Origin: Lingula anatina
Lineage: Eukaryota > Animalia > Brachiopoda
DNA: 64,000 bases
Assembly: GCA_051362555.1 (NCBI GenBank)
Contig: CM120646.1
Span: 1,488,001-1,552,000, forward strand
Direction of reading: 5' to 3'
Positions 34,758 to 49,449 of the stretch are shown here, one piece after another. How positions within the stretch are numbered: the first letter of the stretch is position 1; each line of letters starts with the position of its first letter. The translations under genes and the position numbers were made by a program. The notes under the pieces were generated by a model. It did not search any database and was not told the origin of the DNA. It worked only from the letters and a program-made list of their open reading frames with translations.

Positions 34758-35898
34758 TAGGGCGTACAGTTAAGGTGTCAGGATCACATGACGTTCACAT
34801 ATATCGTCCAATAATTGTCCCTTTACTTGTTGCCATGCCACTAATTTGCATTGTGTCTTGTCTAAGAAAGATCATTTTAATAGAAATAACGTCCAGTGTA
34901 TAAGAAAGACGTGTAGTTTTCAGTCAAATGAAAGCGTATTGTCTTGTAAAAAAAAAAAGAACTAATTAAAACATGTATTTGGTGGGAAAGTATACGATAA
35001 GCGAATTTTTCGTGCACTAGTTTTTATCTTCATGGTACCGTAAACATTTGACATGTGACCTTCATATATTAAACCGTTTTACAATATCAAATGTAATCAT
35101 ATAAGTTCAGGCAAAGATATGGACTAAAAACAAGTGGGCTGTTTATAAATTCTAGCAGCAATAATAAGGTATCAACGGACAAAGAACTGGAAATCTCCCG
35201 TGAGATTCTTTTTACAGTTTCCCTGGGCCAATTAACTGAGACATTTTAAAACCATTCAGAAAAGACTGTCTCTTTATCAACTATGTGACAGTAAATTTTC
35301 AAACAAGGGGTGACGTCCACGTAGTTAAAAAGATTCATCTTTATATTTTTCAGGGTCATTTTGTTCATTTTTGTTACTAATTTTAGTCCACTTTATCTCG
35401 TTTACCAAAATGTCACACTGCATATCGAAAGGGATTGATAACGCGAGGCAAAGATATTTACTCCTGATATTAATATAACATAGTTTTCACCCCAAAACAC
35501 ACTATTTGTGTAAGCTACGGAGTACTTGCACCTGTACATCAAGTAAATGTGTCATAACAGATGGGTGACTATTTCCAAAATATTGCAAGCATTGCAGGTG
35601 TAGCTTCAGCACAAACAAACTAACAAAACAAACAAACAAACAAGCAAGCAAACAAACATACAAACAAACAAAGATAAATCAGGCAACTTTCGAGAGACAC
35701 GTTTATAGTAAGATGATTAGTTTCTGGTACTAAGCAACACTTGAATGGCACTTGAATGTTTTCTGCTATCAAATCACCTTGCTGGATTGAACCCACTCGG
35801 GTCATGAAAATGTTTGTGCTTGTATGTAAACATGGGAGAGATATTACTGGATATCAGCAGCCAATCACAATTAACGTCCGGGTTAATGATTACCTACC

Positions 35899-35902
<4 letters not shown>

Positions 35903-35945
<43 letters not shown>

Positions 35946-35999
35946 TGGTGTGTGTGTGTGTGTGTGTGTATGTGCTGGTGTGTGTGTGTGTGTATGTGT

Positions 36000-36043
<44 letters not shown>

Positions 36044-36122
36044 GTGTGTATGTGTGTATGTGTGTGTGTGTGGGTGTGTGTAAGTGCTGGAGTGTGTGTG
36101 GGTGTGTGTGGGTGTGTGTGTA
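35903..36122. repeat. Compound (GT)n microsatellite, ~220 bp
   Basis: Seen directly; source of the CV/HT-repeat ORFs. The paralogous (AC)n at 27968-27992 is only ~25 bp. Confidence 0.95.
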
Positions 36123-37438
36123 TATTAGTGAGATCTGTCTGGAGGGTCCTAAAGATGCTTTCGATATTTTGTTTAACTGCCAAAATTCCATGCGTTTATA
36201 ATTCAAAATTATTAAGTGTAACTGGGCATCCCTCTACAACTTGCTAAGAATACTAAAAGATAGTAAAAATTACAATTACAAAGGTTGGTCTATTTAAAGA
36301 AAATGGAAAAACTGTTATATGAACTTATGGTATTTCTTTGATACGGCTTACATGATCTGGCTAAATATTGTGCAACCACACACAAACCAATATTTAACCT
36401 TTATACAGCCGAATGTTTCATTTTTTTTGGGGGGGGGGGGGGGACGGGCATAATAATTGATGAGTACCTTCAAGCTACAGATACAATAAAGGGGTGTTAT
36501 AGACTAGGACAGCAACGGCCAATTATTACAGTTGGGTTGGAAGGGGTTGAGAGAAATGAGTGAATAACTTTTGCCTTCGTCCAACATCGGACCGTTGGGC
36601 CCCTTTCATAACCATGTATATGAGCTTGCTCTACACCTTCTTGGGATGTACCCGGTACGTGTATTGATGTGCGTCATCCATGTAGTCAAGTTGACGTCCA
36701 CCTTGAAAAGTAAAAACAATTGATAGTGAAAAATAAAAATTAAAATCATATACGGCATTTGAATGTACTTGTCATGTGTGCTTGTTAGACAATACAATGT
36801 AGATGGAGTTTGCACGTTTGGCCAACAGCGAAGAGATAAAACACAGCTTTGACTACACCTAATCTATCACCGATCGATATGATAGAAAAACAAATTAATG
36901 AGGGAGATTGGAACTGATCCAGCATTTTATAGGACGTTTTAAACAGGAGACCAGTTACCGCTGTATTTACTCAGTGATGTATAGAAAACGTTACGCACAT
37001 CGCATAAAGTAGGAAATAAAGAATAGAATTTAACGAGCTTGTCTTCACGACGGACTCCATGAACACGTTATTTATTTATTTATTTATCTTTTTATTTATT
37101 TATTTTTGAACACACAAGATCATTCAAAACGCTATAAGTGTGCTTAACTTAGATTCAACTGAGTCGAGACTGATCTTTGTTTGGTGAAAAAGGTACCTGT
37201 AACATAAAACGCCCTTGTTAAACCTTAGACATTTGATAATGGATAACCTCAGTACTTAGGGCAACCAACTGATAACGAGATGTCTGTTTCCGAAGCCCTA
37301 GTAAGCTAACGTCTTCAGGATTCGTAGACTTCGTTTTTATTCATTATAATTCATTTATTATGTAAATCTTGTGTTAGTTACGTGAAAAAGCACAAGTAAA
37401 TTCACAGACAATCATAAACCAACAATTGCTTCTTGACA

Positions 37439-37605
37439 CCGGTGTAACGAAACTGAGGGTCCGTGTCACACAAGGTCGGCCCTCTATTTGGTTATAATGG
37501 TTAGGGTTAGACTGGCCTAAGTGGGTTAAAATTTAGGGCGAGGTTTACTTGTACAAATAAATGGGAAGCAGACCCTATCGTGGACTCTCTGTCACGTTAC
37601 ACTGG
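37439..37605. mobile_element. CCGGTGT-ended MITE (family 4a)
   Basis: CCGGTGTAACG...CGTTACACTGG with internal ggttagggttag; direct homolog of 51816-51981. Confidence 0.75.
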
Positions 37606-38284
37606 AGAATGGTATATGTTATCGCAAGGAGACAAGATAAAGGTATATCGCCCCACTGTTAATACGTGTACAAGAACATCTTCGTAACTTAAAATGTCAA
37701 CAACTTGACTACATGTTGCACAGTTGATTGTACGATAACAGTCTCGGTGAAATAACAGAATTTTCCCCCCAATTAAATCTCAGTGTTATTCAATGAGTCC
37801 AAAATTATATATATCCTGTACTCCGATAATTTTTTCACGTTGAACGAGAGAGGTACTGTAGGTTTAGGACAAGGAAGGACGATCTTGAAAGAATGTGAAC
37901 ATTTTCCTTCCCAATCACGGTTAGCACAGACACGCACGCCAGTGTCATGTGACTCTAATCTCCTGGTACGCAAACCAGCACGCTAATTTTGTTACAACTA
38001 ATCACGTGATAATAACTGACAGATGGGGGGAGGGGTGATAGTTTAGTTATCAGAGCGTTTAAAAAGTCACTGCCTGAATTCATTTTAATGACATTAATTT
38101 TTCATCTCATGTCAGTGAATATTGCTGTAATAACATACATTACCCTTCTTTAAGATACAATGTGGACTTCTAGGGTTATTCATAATTCAATCATTTAATC
38201 GGATTATTTCGTTTCGTTTTAGAAATAAAATGGAAGAGCTTTTGAGGCACTCATCAGTGACCCTTTTCCCTCGCCTACACAAAC

Positions 38285-38424
38285 AAGTGACGCACTTACG
38301 TGACCAAATTACATTGTACCCTCCCCGAAAAGGCCTGTCATTTCAAACTAAAACAATATGATTGAAACGGACGCATATTTATTATAAGGTTAAATCTGCA
38401 AATTTCCTCGGCATATTTCATAAG
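38285..38424 (+). promoter_or_regulatory. Promoter and non-coding first exon of SLC6 copy B
   Basis: GTGACGCA 38287-38294, TACGTGAC 38297-38304, Inr-like TCATTT (~38340), donor AAG|gtaaga at 38424; mirrors 26595-26732. Confidence 0.65.
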
Positions 38425-39367
38425 GTAAGAAATCCGCCTATGTTTGACAAGTATACAATCTTAAATGCTAGAAGAGATGCATACATTTTTGTAGAATGTT
38501 ACGAAACTTTGCTTCATATGCTTTTCTAATTTTGGTTGTAATTGCCAATTGTCATGTGAGCATACTTTGAGGAATGATGGCCGTAGGCACTTCGAGATAC
38601 GACTTTTTCACAGTTGCGTATGATTGAAAATATGTCATAATGTAATCTATTGATGTCGTCCATTTATAAGGCAGATAAGTTTTCAGTGCAATTCGCAGTT
38701 CCGCGTTGAAATGTTTAGACCCTTTTCTTTGTTTTTACTGGTATGCATATAAAAACAAGACAAGATATAAAAGTAGGTTTATGATTATTCTGATATTTTC
38801 TAGGAAATCAGAAGTACAATGTGTTCGTTAACACAAACTTAGACCGGTTTGTAAGGAAATTTAGACATTTAATGGTATGAAAGTTTTTCGAATTGTCTGT
38901 AAAAAAAATGAACATTTTTGCTCAGAAATCATAGTCTTTTTTCACTTAAGATAATTCAGGAGTACCCTGTTGGAACAGATTGTGCGTCTTTTTTATAACA
39001 GTAAAAATATTTGTTGTTTTAAACCAATTCTACTACTACATGTATTACGGCTTTGTCTTGAATGTAAGATGGCCAGAAATTTGGGTTAAAAGTTTTAACA
39101 TTATCCAAAGTTCAAAGTTCTTTTGTGAATCCTAATTTTTCCATTTATTATTATTTTTCATTTATTTTCATTTTTAATTATTTATTCATTTATTTTTGCT
39201 AAAAATTTTTGCTGTGATATAGCTATCATTATTATTGCTTTAATTCACGTTATAGTTATTAGTACTCAGTAAATGTATAGTACCTCATAGACGAAGAGAG
39301 TCGTTGTGTTGTTCCATATAAGATATCTGTGCTAACCTATCGATTTTGCATTCACATATCTTTAAAT

Positions 39368-39580
39368 CCAGGACACAATCTCTGTCACAAATCCAACCCG
39401 CATAAATATTTGCACGCGGCTTATGTCGAAATGTTTTTGTAGGATAATGATTGAAGGGGCGGTATCAGATCTGTTATTTGATGCGATATCAGATGTGGTG
39501 GTCGACCCTGTGATTCTTTACAAGGATTGCAGTATTCGCTCTCCGCTAACGCACCGTAGTTTGTTCCATAAACAAGCTTC
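39368..39580 (+). pseudogene. Decayed protein-coding relic, copy 2 (frameshifted, interrupted by a MITE)
   Basis: Homolog of 24030-24255; homology resumes after the MITE (aaggtctttt at 39830 vs aaggtccttt at 24246). Confidence 0.5.
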
Positions 39581-39581
39581 A

Positions 39582-39828
39582 GACTGGGTTCCCATACTTA
39601 AATCGATTCATCTAGATCGACCTAACTCCTTGTGGGTTCATGCTTAATTGCTATCAGCTCAGTAGGCTTAAATGTCTGTCACGCCTACCAAATCAGCTAG
39701 GAGGTAGAGATAATTGCCCTCTAACAGCTTTACTAGGCGTGACAGACATATATGCCGGTTACGTCGATAGCGATTTAGTGAGACTCCCCAGGGAGATAGA
39801 TCGATCCAAATATCTGTGGGAATGGTCC
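39582..39828. mobile_element. Hairpin MITE (subfamily 1/2 intermediate)
   Basis: GACTGGGTTCCCA...TGGGAATGGTCC|TAA; the empty-site equivalent is visible at ~24245. Confidence 0.8.
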
Positions 39829-40462
39829 TAAGGTCTTTTCCATTTGTTGCTTAAAACCATCAAGTAGAATAAGAATTAGAAATAGATAAGTCAAGTTCTG
39901 GAACAACTCGAGTGGTAACGACTAATGGACGCTGTGGTCGAACCATTATCCTGTCTAATTGCCCGGACTGGTCACTTCATTTACACGTAGTGCCATACGG
40001 CTGGGAATCGTTTCCAGGGCCCCTTCCCCGATGTGCGAGAAGCTAAACCTGATATACTCATGACCAACTCTTGACAATCCAAAACTGCCGTTTTTATCAG
40101 CCAATAAATTGAATTTTTTCGTTTTATCCGTGTTAAGTGCATTCTATATATTAAAGAAGCGTTTTAGTTCATTTTTACGGTTTGTTTTATGATATCATCC
40201 ATGTAGGTGTCAAATCTTAGAAACACTGTTTTTGGATTTGGTCAACTTGTTTTCAATGATCTGCAAATAATATGTAATCAAATTGGTTTAGGCTTAACCA
40301 AGAAATTTATTCTATCTTTCTGAAAGTACTTTTGGCAGGCAAAAAAAAAAAAAGCTTGTTACAAAATTTGTACTTCATTCGTTGTTTTATTACTTTTCTT
40401 CACAGATTTTACCACTTTAGGCCGCTGGACGAGACTATCCAAAGGTTTTCACGGACCCAGTC

Positions 40463-43400
40463 ATGCACGAACCAAATGTAATTTTTTGATACTTTATGAG
40501 CAATTGTATTTTGAAATCGTTTTTTTTTTATGTTAAAAAACCACCTCTTTTGAAAAGGGCTGTCAATTTGTCTGTCTTGATTATTCTTTCAATTAAGGAT
40601 TGACTGAAAGATGTCAAAGTTTGTCGATACTACTAATTTTATGTACGTTTAAACAATTATTTATTATATATTGTTGAGCATGAAATCTTAAATACTAAAC
40701 AAATCTCTTTTTCTTCATCTATTTCTTGCAGTCAACCCACAGTTGGGATCTAGATACAGGTAAAAACACAGAAATGCATTTTACCAAGGCCCCATGATGG
40801 CGAGGGTTAATGACAACCCATTAAGACAAAAATGATATCAAAATAAGTTGGTTTCAGTGGAAGCAGGGTTGCGCTTTACGTACTAGACATTTTGTTATAT
40901 CGGGAGCGTTTTCATATAAAATGGTAACCATTATTCATCAAAATCTCTGAGGGAGACTTTTTTGCTTTGACAATGGCCCAGGTTTTCGTGCAATTTAATT
41001 AGCTGCCATATAACCACCTTAAAGCAAAAATACTCGAACAAACATTTATACTTAAGTTCTTGAATCAAAATAAACATTTATTTTCGTGTTTTTTTATTGC
41101 AGAGAGCACAGATGGCGACGAAAACAAAAAACGCGGGAATTGGTCCAACCAGTTAGACTTCATTTTGTCTTGTCTTGGCTACGCTGTTGGCCTTGGCAAC
41201 CTATGGCGGTTCCCTTTCTTGTGCTTTAAGAACGGAGGCGGTAAGTAGTGACATCTATCGAAAGTCATCTGATGCCTAACGTAAATCACTTTGTCAGACT
41301 TTTTTATTTCAAAGTAATTAAACTTGAGTATGACCCCCCCCCCCCCCCCCCCTTTATAGATTCTTCATAATCTGCAATATACAGACTGTAGTGTTTTTCC
41401 AACTCAAAACGTAAGTGCTCACGATTCATTAAGTCCCCTGGGAAAGGAACGTAGGGAGCCTAAAGTTGTCTATAAGGGACATAACGTGCAAAATGAAATT
41501 TGTCCGGGAATAAAGCATTTTCCTACTTGGAAATCATACTGTCGGACCCCTCCCTGCACTTGGGATTGATGTATTATTCCATCTTCATTTAAGTGACTTA
41601 GTTCTAAATGACTGACCAGTCTTCCTGTACATTTTCGAAGGAACTGTCAACGTCAGGCATTTTTATATGAGGCGTTTTATTGTTTTTAAAGTCTGATTAG
41701 GGAAGTATTAAAAGCTTTGCAGGATGTGAAGACATGGAGAATATGACTTTGGGACATTTCCACACGCTCTAGGTCTACCTTTATCTGTGTTGAATTAAAA
41801 TATTGCACCAACAAAAAGTTCTCAGTTAAGAAAAATTAAGTCTCCTTTTGATGTTCCGTACAGTTGTGTCAGTGTTTATGCCATGTTAGAGAATCAGTAG
41901 AAAGGAATGCATTAGTAAATCGTCAGTTTTTTTTTACTTTTGTTCACATAATCTTCATATACATTTCCAAATTTTCTTTTCTGTAGCCGTGTTTCTGATT
42001 CCATACGCAATTTGCCTCTTATTAATCGGAATGCCAGTATTTGTGCTGGAATTGTACCTCGGGCAGTTCTCCAGCAGTGGACCGCTAACCGTGTGGAGAT
42101 TCTCACCCATGTTTAAAGGTAAGTGGTCTATATGACGTCACAGAGACGTTGTGACATCACAATGCTTTTGCCAACGTTCGACCATACTGGCTGGACAGGG
42201 AATTTGTTGGTATTATTTTCTCTAGATTTATATATTTTATGACGCCTTTTCAATGATAAGCGCCACACCACCAAAGTATATATAATTGTTGTTTACTAAC
42301 TTTCCATCAAAATTTGTTTAATAAATCATTTGAAATAAAAATAAATCATATCAAATCAAATTAAACTACACTGATTAAATCCAGTACATTAAGAGATCGT
42401 TATTTCAGGTATAGGGATCGGCATGATGGTGGCCGCGTCTCTAATTGGTATTTACTACAACATTGTGATGGCCTGGGCGCTGTATTATCTGTTTGCTTCC
42501 TTCACCAGTAAACTACCTTGGCAGGACTGCGGAGACTGGTCGTCTGACAGTAAGTGACTCTCGGCTGGGTGTGTCTTCTGTTGGACACTTGCTGGTTGAC
42601 AGTTTTGAATAATTGTCAACCCATAGGACATCCTTGCAAATGTCAAAACTAAGCTGCTTTCTACAAAAGAAAAGACGCGTTTTTAGTTGCTTTTTTCCTC
42701 CATTTCGTAATAACACTAAACGTTGTGCAAATTGGAATAAAATATTTGTGGAATAAATACATAATTATCCAAGCACCCAAATATAGCCAATTAAACGTAA
42801 TAATTTCAAATCTTAGCGTGTTTACGTACACGTGTACATAAAGATATTTTTCTCCTATTCCAGCGTGTCTCACCAAGCTTCCTGACATCTCAGGCTGTAA
42901 CACAACTCTCCAGGAAGTAGCTTACCCCAATGGCACGTGTTACAACGCCAACGGTACTCTGCTGGGGGTCTATAACGAAACCTTGCTCAAACAGTACAAC
43001 GTTACACGATCTTCAGCCGCGGAGGAGTACTTCTTGTAAGATCCAAGTAAAATCTGTCTAATTATTTTATTTATCATTTATTTATGACGGTCTTTATTTT
43101 GCGTAATAGAAAGGAGACAGAGGAAAGCGCGTTTCCGAAAACCTTGGCAGAATTACTTTTTTTTCAAGATAAATTTTACGAGATTATTTTTTTTTTATTC
43201 GTGTACCTCCAACATTTTATTTTTTCTCAAAAAAATTTCTTTCACTCGTGGCATCTGCAATAATAACGTAATTGAAAGTACTTAAAGCTTGATCAATCCC
43301 TTATTTAATTTTGCTATGGTGCAGTCGGCATGTACTTCAGTTGGGCTCAGGTCTGGAAACATTCAGCGACCTGACTGGTATCAGTTGGCAGCTCAGTCTG

Positions 43401-45312
43401 TGTCTTCTTCTTGCCTGGATTATCGACTTCTTCTGTTTGTTCAGAAGTGTGAAATCATCAGGAAAGGTAGCTGTTTTTTCTGCCTGTCAAAGTAAAACCT
43501 CAACTTCTTTTTTAAGAATATCATTATCATTATTTGTAAAAGTGCCATTTTCTTAAATACTTATTCTTAAATACTTTTTTTTCTGAAAAGCCTGAACAAG
43601 ATCTTTTCCGCTAATTCATATACAAGCGCATGTAAAAAAACATTTTTTGGTCGTAAAAAAAAAAGGAGAACTAGGAAAAAGATAATGTAAGGCGTAGATA
43701 TCTGACTTCTAGACACTGCATCCATGTTTATCGATTATAAAGAAAACAGTGATATATTAAAATTTAACTTTTTCTTGCAGGTTGTTTATTTCACAGCCAT
43801 ATTCCCATATGTGGTGTTGTTAATACTGTTGATTCGCGGCACTCTGCTGCCAGGCTCTCGTAACGGCGTTGAGTGGTATATCGCCAAGGCAGACGTCAGT
43901 AAACTAAAGTCCCCTGAAGTAAGTGGAAACACATTGTGATCTAATGTTCTTTTGATACAAACTAATAGTTGTTTGCTTGCGAAAGATATTTTGACGTGGC
44001 ATTGGTCATGTTACTCAGTCTCAATGCAAAACAAATGGCGTTGTGTCGCTGGTCGAGTGCTTAGAGCTCCCCCTCCCCCCAGCGCCGCACCCCCTGCCAC
44101 GGTTGCAGCTCTAAGAAAACATTATACAGACGCAGTATAATGAATCTATCATAGACACCGTCCCCATACTTAGATCGATCTAGCGGGATCGAGCCATCTC
44201 CGAGGGGATTCTTGCTAAATTGCATTCAGTTTAAGTGGCTTTGATGTCTGTCACGCCGAATGAAGCTGCTAGAGGGTAATTAACTATCGTTTAGCAGCTT
44301 AATACATTATTTATTTATTTTTATTTATTTATTACTTCTTATGTTGAATTTTAGATATTAAAAGCACAAAGTGTAGTTTGGCGGCTCTTTTATAAAGTCT
44401 ACTGTAATTGACACAGTTTTATGTTTTACACGGTTTAGGTAAAGAGCCTGTGGTTCTAAAAACAGAAAGGCAGTAATTCTTATATTTCATTTTTTGATAA
44501 GAAAAAATTAAATGATACTACAAATGAAACGGCAATTATATTTATATTTCTGTTTATTGAAGCTGACATCTACAGTTGGCTATGTCTTTCGTTTTAGGTA
44601 TGGTTAGATGCTATTACGCAGATATTTTTCTCCCTGTCAGCGTCTTCCGGTGGACTTCACGCGCTCGCTAGTTATAATAGGTTCCACAATAACTGTCTCA
44701 GGTAACGAATGTCACGATGCCATTTTATTTTTATCTTTAGAAATAATTCTCGTAATAGAGATTTCGTTTTACAGCAGGCAAATATTTTACCGCTCGATAT
44801 AACGAACAAAACGCTAAATTTGGTTAAGCATCATAGAAGAAATGCCATTTTGCAACTTTGTTTATATCTGTAGTTCTCTGGTTCATTGCTGTGGTTGTAG
44901 GCTCATTAATTTTAAGACTTTTTTCTGATTATAATAAAAGTTATTTCCATAACTGAGTTACGACTGTTTCTAGGGACGCCATCATCGTATCCCTTGGAAA
45001 CTGCATGACCAGTTTTTTCGCGGGTTTCGTTGTGTTTTCTTATGTGGGATACTTGGCAGAGCTGCAAGGGGTAGCCATCGATGACTTTGCAACAGGAGGA
45101 CCGAGTTTGGCGTTCGTCATTTGGCCGTCAGCAGTGGCTACCATTCCCGTTTCGCCCTTGTGGTCCATTCTGTTATTCTTCATGCTCATTACACTTGGCT
45201 TGGACAGTCAGGTAGTTTTGAGTGACTATTTAAAGAGCTAGGCCTTCCGTGGTATTTGTATTCTGAAATGTACAAAAACTACATAACCTAAAATGTTTTT
45301 CTTTCATAAGCT

Positions 45313-45372
<60 letters not shown>

Positions 45373-48300
45373 GAATACCCCATAATACATTTAATCTTAG
45401 TTCAGCGTTTTGTCAATATGAACTTGGACGAATAGAATGTCTTTGACGTTCAATAAATGTCGATTGTCTCATCAACTTTAACCCACACATGTTGAGAATA
45501 ATTCTTGACTATTAATAGTCTATCACACACGTCTTGAATATATGTATTATTTTATCATTGGTCTTCTAGAACCTTGATTCTACACCTCTCCATTTTAGTT
45601 CACCCTTCTAGAAACACTTTTCACTGGTTTGTCTGATATGTGGCCCAAAATGCGAAAACAGAAGATCTGGCTTCATCTGGCCGTTTGCGTTGTTCTCTTT
45701 GGACTTGGTCTTCCTATGTGTACCAAGGTAAGCGAAGGTCAAGGTCGTTCTGATGTCAGTCACTGATAAAGTTAAAGGTCATCATTGCTATTCACCACTG
45801 CCTCTAGAACAGATGGGAGGAAACAATCCAATGTACATATGTTAAATACAACTACCTTAGCGTCTTAATGGGAAAAATCTGTTATTTATAGCATATGTAA
45901 TTTTTTTGTAGAAAGAGCTGCTGTAATAACTGTAAAATATCAACTCATGCATTCTCAATATATAAGTCCATTAGAAGAAAACAGAAAAGTGAAAATGAAG
46001 TAAAAGATATATTCACGAAAATTCTACATGTATTTTTTTTAATCTCCGGTGACAGAAAGAGATAAGTCTGGCTTTTTGTGTTCATTGAAAAATCCACTGC
46101 ACTGCTGGTGTGGGGAAATTTCCGTATCCAGTAAAAGAGATTTTAGCCTACTTTGGTAATAAAAGTTTTGAAAATAACCCTTTTGTATAATATTTGCCCG
46201 TTTTTAGTACTGACAAAGTTAGACTGCGATGACGGGGTATTACGAGATGCACGTTTATTTCACTGACACATTTTGTCATCAATCTCAGGTATATTTTTTC
46301 GCAGTGCCTGGTTTCAGATTACTTTCTGTGAGAATGCCGTTTTACCGTGTTTAGTGTAAAACATTTGACTGTCCTTTTACATTCACCATATTGTCTTGCC
46401 AATAATGGATGAGATTCAATTGAGGATTTTATTAATTGCTAAAATATTAGGAAAATAACGACCTGCGCTAAAGACGTAATGAAGTTTGTTTTTTTTTCAA
46501 ATTTTAAAAACCCAGTGACACCTTGAAAGTAGCTGTTAGTTATTTATTGAGTTATTAAAAATAAAATGAACATCCAGGACATTTTCTGAGACATTGGATA
46601 TTGAAATCAGAATCACAGTCCGTTTCATAAAGAACATGTCTGTCGCATGCTTAACTTTTATTTTCAGGGTGGCCTGTATTTGCTGGACTATGTAGACAGC
46701 GCCATCAATGGATGGCCAATGGTCATTCTTGGACTGACCGAGATGATAGCAGTGGCATGGGTATACGGGGCTTACCCGAGGTACAAAGTTGTATGTAAGT
46801 ACCGAAATTGATTGTGGCCTTATGTCCCACACGGGACGAAGAGGAATGATGACCGAAATTGATTTGTGCATGTTTGTGCGTGTGTATTAGCATGTGTATA
46901 TTAACAGGTTGAAATCTTTATGTATTTGCTTTATGTAAAGAAAAACGCAATGTAGAGCAGGGCCAACCCCTTTATAATCTGGACCAATTCCGCCAAACTC
47001 TTTAGGAAGAATATAACAATTTTTCACCAAACAGACTTTTTGCCCTTATTGAATGAATGTCGCGCCAACTACAGGAGATAATTGCAGTAAGCTGCAGACA
47101 GCTTTTAACGACCACATGCTGATGCTCACTGCATGTAAATTTGGTGTCTTTTTAGTTTCATAGACATTTATTTTACCACTGAAGGAATAAAATTCCCGAG
47201 AATTGAGGGGGTGCATGCTCCAATTGTTAATTAATGGTATAAAATATGAATGTCTTCACCGATATTTTGAATTTTCTGTATCATGAGTCATGTTATTGGT
47301 ATCTGGAATAAACAAAAATACTGTTCTAAATGCTTAACAGATGTGAGGTGTTCATTTTTAAAGAAATACACATGGAATTAGAAGTAGGACAACCATTTTG
47401 ACCAAATCTGTGCCCTTACACATTCATGTTCAACACAGATAATTGCAATTTATAATGAAAATGCAGTTAAGGGATAATTACTCTTCGTTTTGGCCAAAAT
47501 ATGAATTTTCCTGGAGTAAATAACAATTTTCCCATACTTACCAATGGTAAATGAGTCCATTTTTACATTCAAAGTTAGTCCCTTGTTTTTTTTTGTTTTC
47601 TTTTCTAAAAAGTTTGGTTTTTTGTTAAAATCTCTTAAGAGATTATAATAGAGTATAGCCATCAATGGAGGTCACGTGGTCTGAAGATAAGCTCAGATAT
47701 CAGATTAATAGCTTTACCTGCTGTTTTTTGTCGTAAAACAGAATATATTATATTTCTATGAGTTATTCACAATGTTTTTTATTGTGAAATATAGACCTCA
47801 TACGAAGAGTTATTATCCCTTTAAATTACAATTTCATGACTATTTTCTATGCTCCCTTTTCCAGTTTTGCGAGCCATCCAGGACATGAAAGTTATGCTGG
47901 GAGACAGTCTTCTCTTGAAAATAACTGGCCCCTGGTGGACACTTTGCTGGATGCTCATATCACCTGTAGCTCTTGGAGTAAGCTTCGATCATGAATGGAT
48001 GTGCATGTGAAAACTAAGTACTCGTTAAAATGACAGCTCTTATGAGACGCTCCGACAAAAAAATGGCCACAGAGGACACCACTGTAGGCCCTGTCCCTAT
48101 CCGTTCGCGACCGGTCCGTTATCAGAATTTTTCAAGTGCCTTAATTCCCAAAGAAATAAGTGGTGTCACTCCGTTTCTCCATCTCTTCAGCCTTTTCTCC
48201 GAGACTTTAATGTAGGAACAGGGGCGGATCCAGGATAATTTGAAGGGGGGGGGGGGGGGGGGGGTCCGCGGATAAATCCGTCACTGAGGAGGATATTTCG

Positions 48301-49449
48301 CAGCACGTAGAATAAATACAGAAGTTTTCTTAATTGTCATGATCATTATTTTGTTGTTGTCTTTTTAGGTGGTGACCGTGGTTTCGTGGATTTTGTACAA
48401 ACCAAACCCTAGTTATTTCGGTGAGGTTTTACAATGGCTGGTCCGATTTGCAATTGTCGGGCCTGTCTTCATGTATCCGGTTTTATATGGAATATATTGC
48501 CTTATCGTGAGACCACAAGTACGTGTATTTTTCCCTTTTTCAATGCGGACAATAATTATCAGAATATTTTATCAGATAGGCCTATTATCCGATTATAATA
48601 AAATGTTGCCAACAGTTACAACACACATTGCCATAAGGTCATTGTAATTGTCTTGTGTTATCTGCTAAGAAAAAGAGATGTTAATAATTCGAAAGTGCTA
48701 CTACCATATATTTCTATTTAACACTAATAATTTCTTAAATCCCGTTCTTAATCCCACTTTAATTTATCTTAAATGTACATTTTTTTTCATATTTCTGCAG
48801 GACAAAACTTTCATTCGTCCTCAGCGGGATTGGGGTCCTTCTCTCGTGAAGCATCGCCACCTAGTGACGTACGATCCGGCCTTCGTGGTGGATCCCTACC
48901 ACGAGGAGATGTACTTGACAACGCGCAACGGAAAAGAATCATTTGTAAGTGTTATCCTCTTGTGTCGCCGTGGCAGTGGAGGGGGGGGGGATTGATTATC
49001 ATACAAGATTTCTAAAGGAAACATAGTCTTGTTGATTTTATGTGTGTCCATATGTTCAAACACAGTACACATGGACGTGACGTCACGGCCTATGGAATCT
49101 TAATTGTTTGACGTCAGAACTAACGTCAGATTAAATTGATCTCTGTGTTCTGTTTTAAAATAACAATGATTATATTAAATGTAAAGTGTAAAATTTATTA
49201 TAAAGACAAAGCTTAAAGATTTATGTAAGTACAATTTGTCGTGACATTTTTGTCTAAATAGCACGTTGTATAAATGTAAATACAATACAAGTGTTACCAT
49301 TCGTTCACGTGTACCTTATGCCATGCCTATTTTTAAATATTTTTAATATGTTGGAGCACTGCAGAATCCCATAAAACAAAACTTACTTTCAATTTCTTTT
49401 TATCTTTTAGGGCGGGAATGTCAATGCGGCATACGAGAACGTTAATTGA
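40463..49449 (+). CDS. SLC6 Na+/Cl- dependent amino-acid transporter (GlyT/PROT/ATB0+-like), paralog B; 649 aa
   Basis: 16 coding exons: 40463-40477 (MHEPN), 40732-40759, 41103-41240, 41987-42118, 42409-42549, 42864-43035, 43325-43466, 43781-43918, 44598-44701 ([12 protein letters not shown]), 44974-45211, 45599-45727, 46668-46794, 47865-47977, 48369-48518, 48801-48944, 49411-49449 ([15 protein letters not shown]). All introns GT-AG, no stops, 1950 nt. Confidence 0.93.
44154..44300. mobile_element. Half copy of hairpin MITE subfamily 1
   Basis: ccccatacttagatcgatcta...gatgtctgtcacgcc..tgaagctgcta-loop-tagcagctt, then truncated. Confidence 0.7.
45317..45368. repeat. (TA)n microsatellite
   Basis: Seen directly. 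Confidence 0.95.

Noticed and set aside
35756-36247. Cys/Val- and His/Thr-rich ORFs
   Set aside because: Translations of the (GT)n microsatellite.
37281-37330. Hammerhead-like CTGAAGA...GAAAC motif on the minus strand
   Set aside because: Stem II pairs poorly and no stem III or TSD was found; at most a decayed Penelope scrap.
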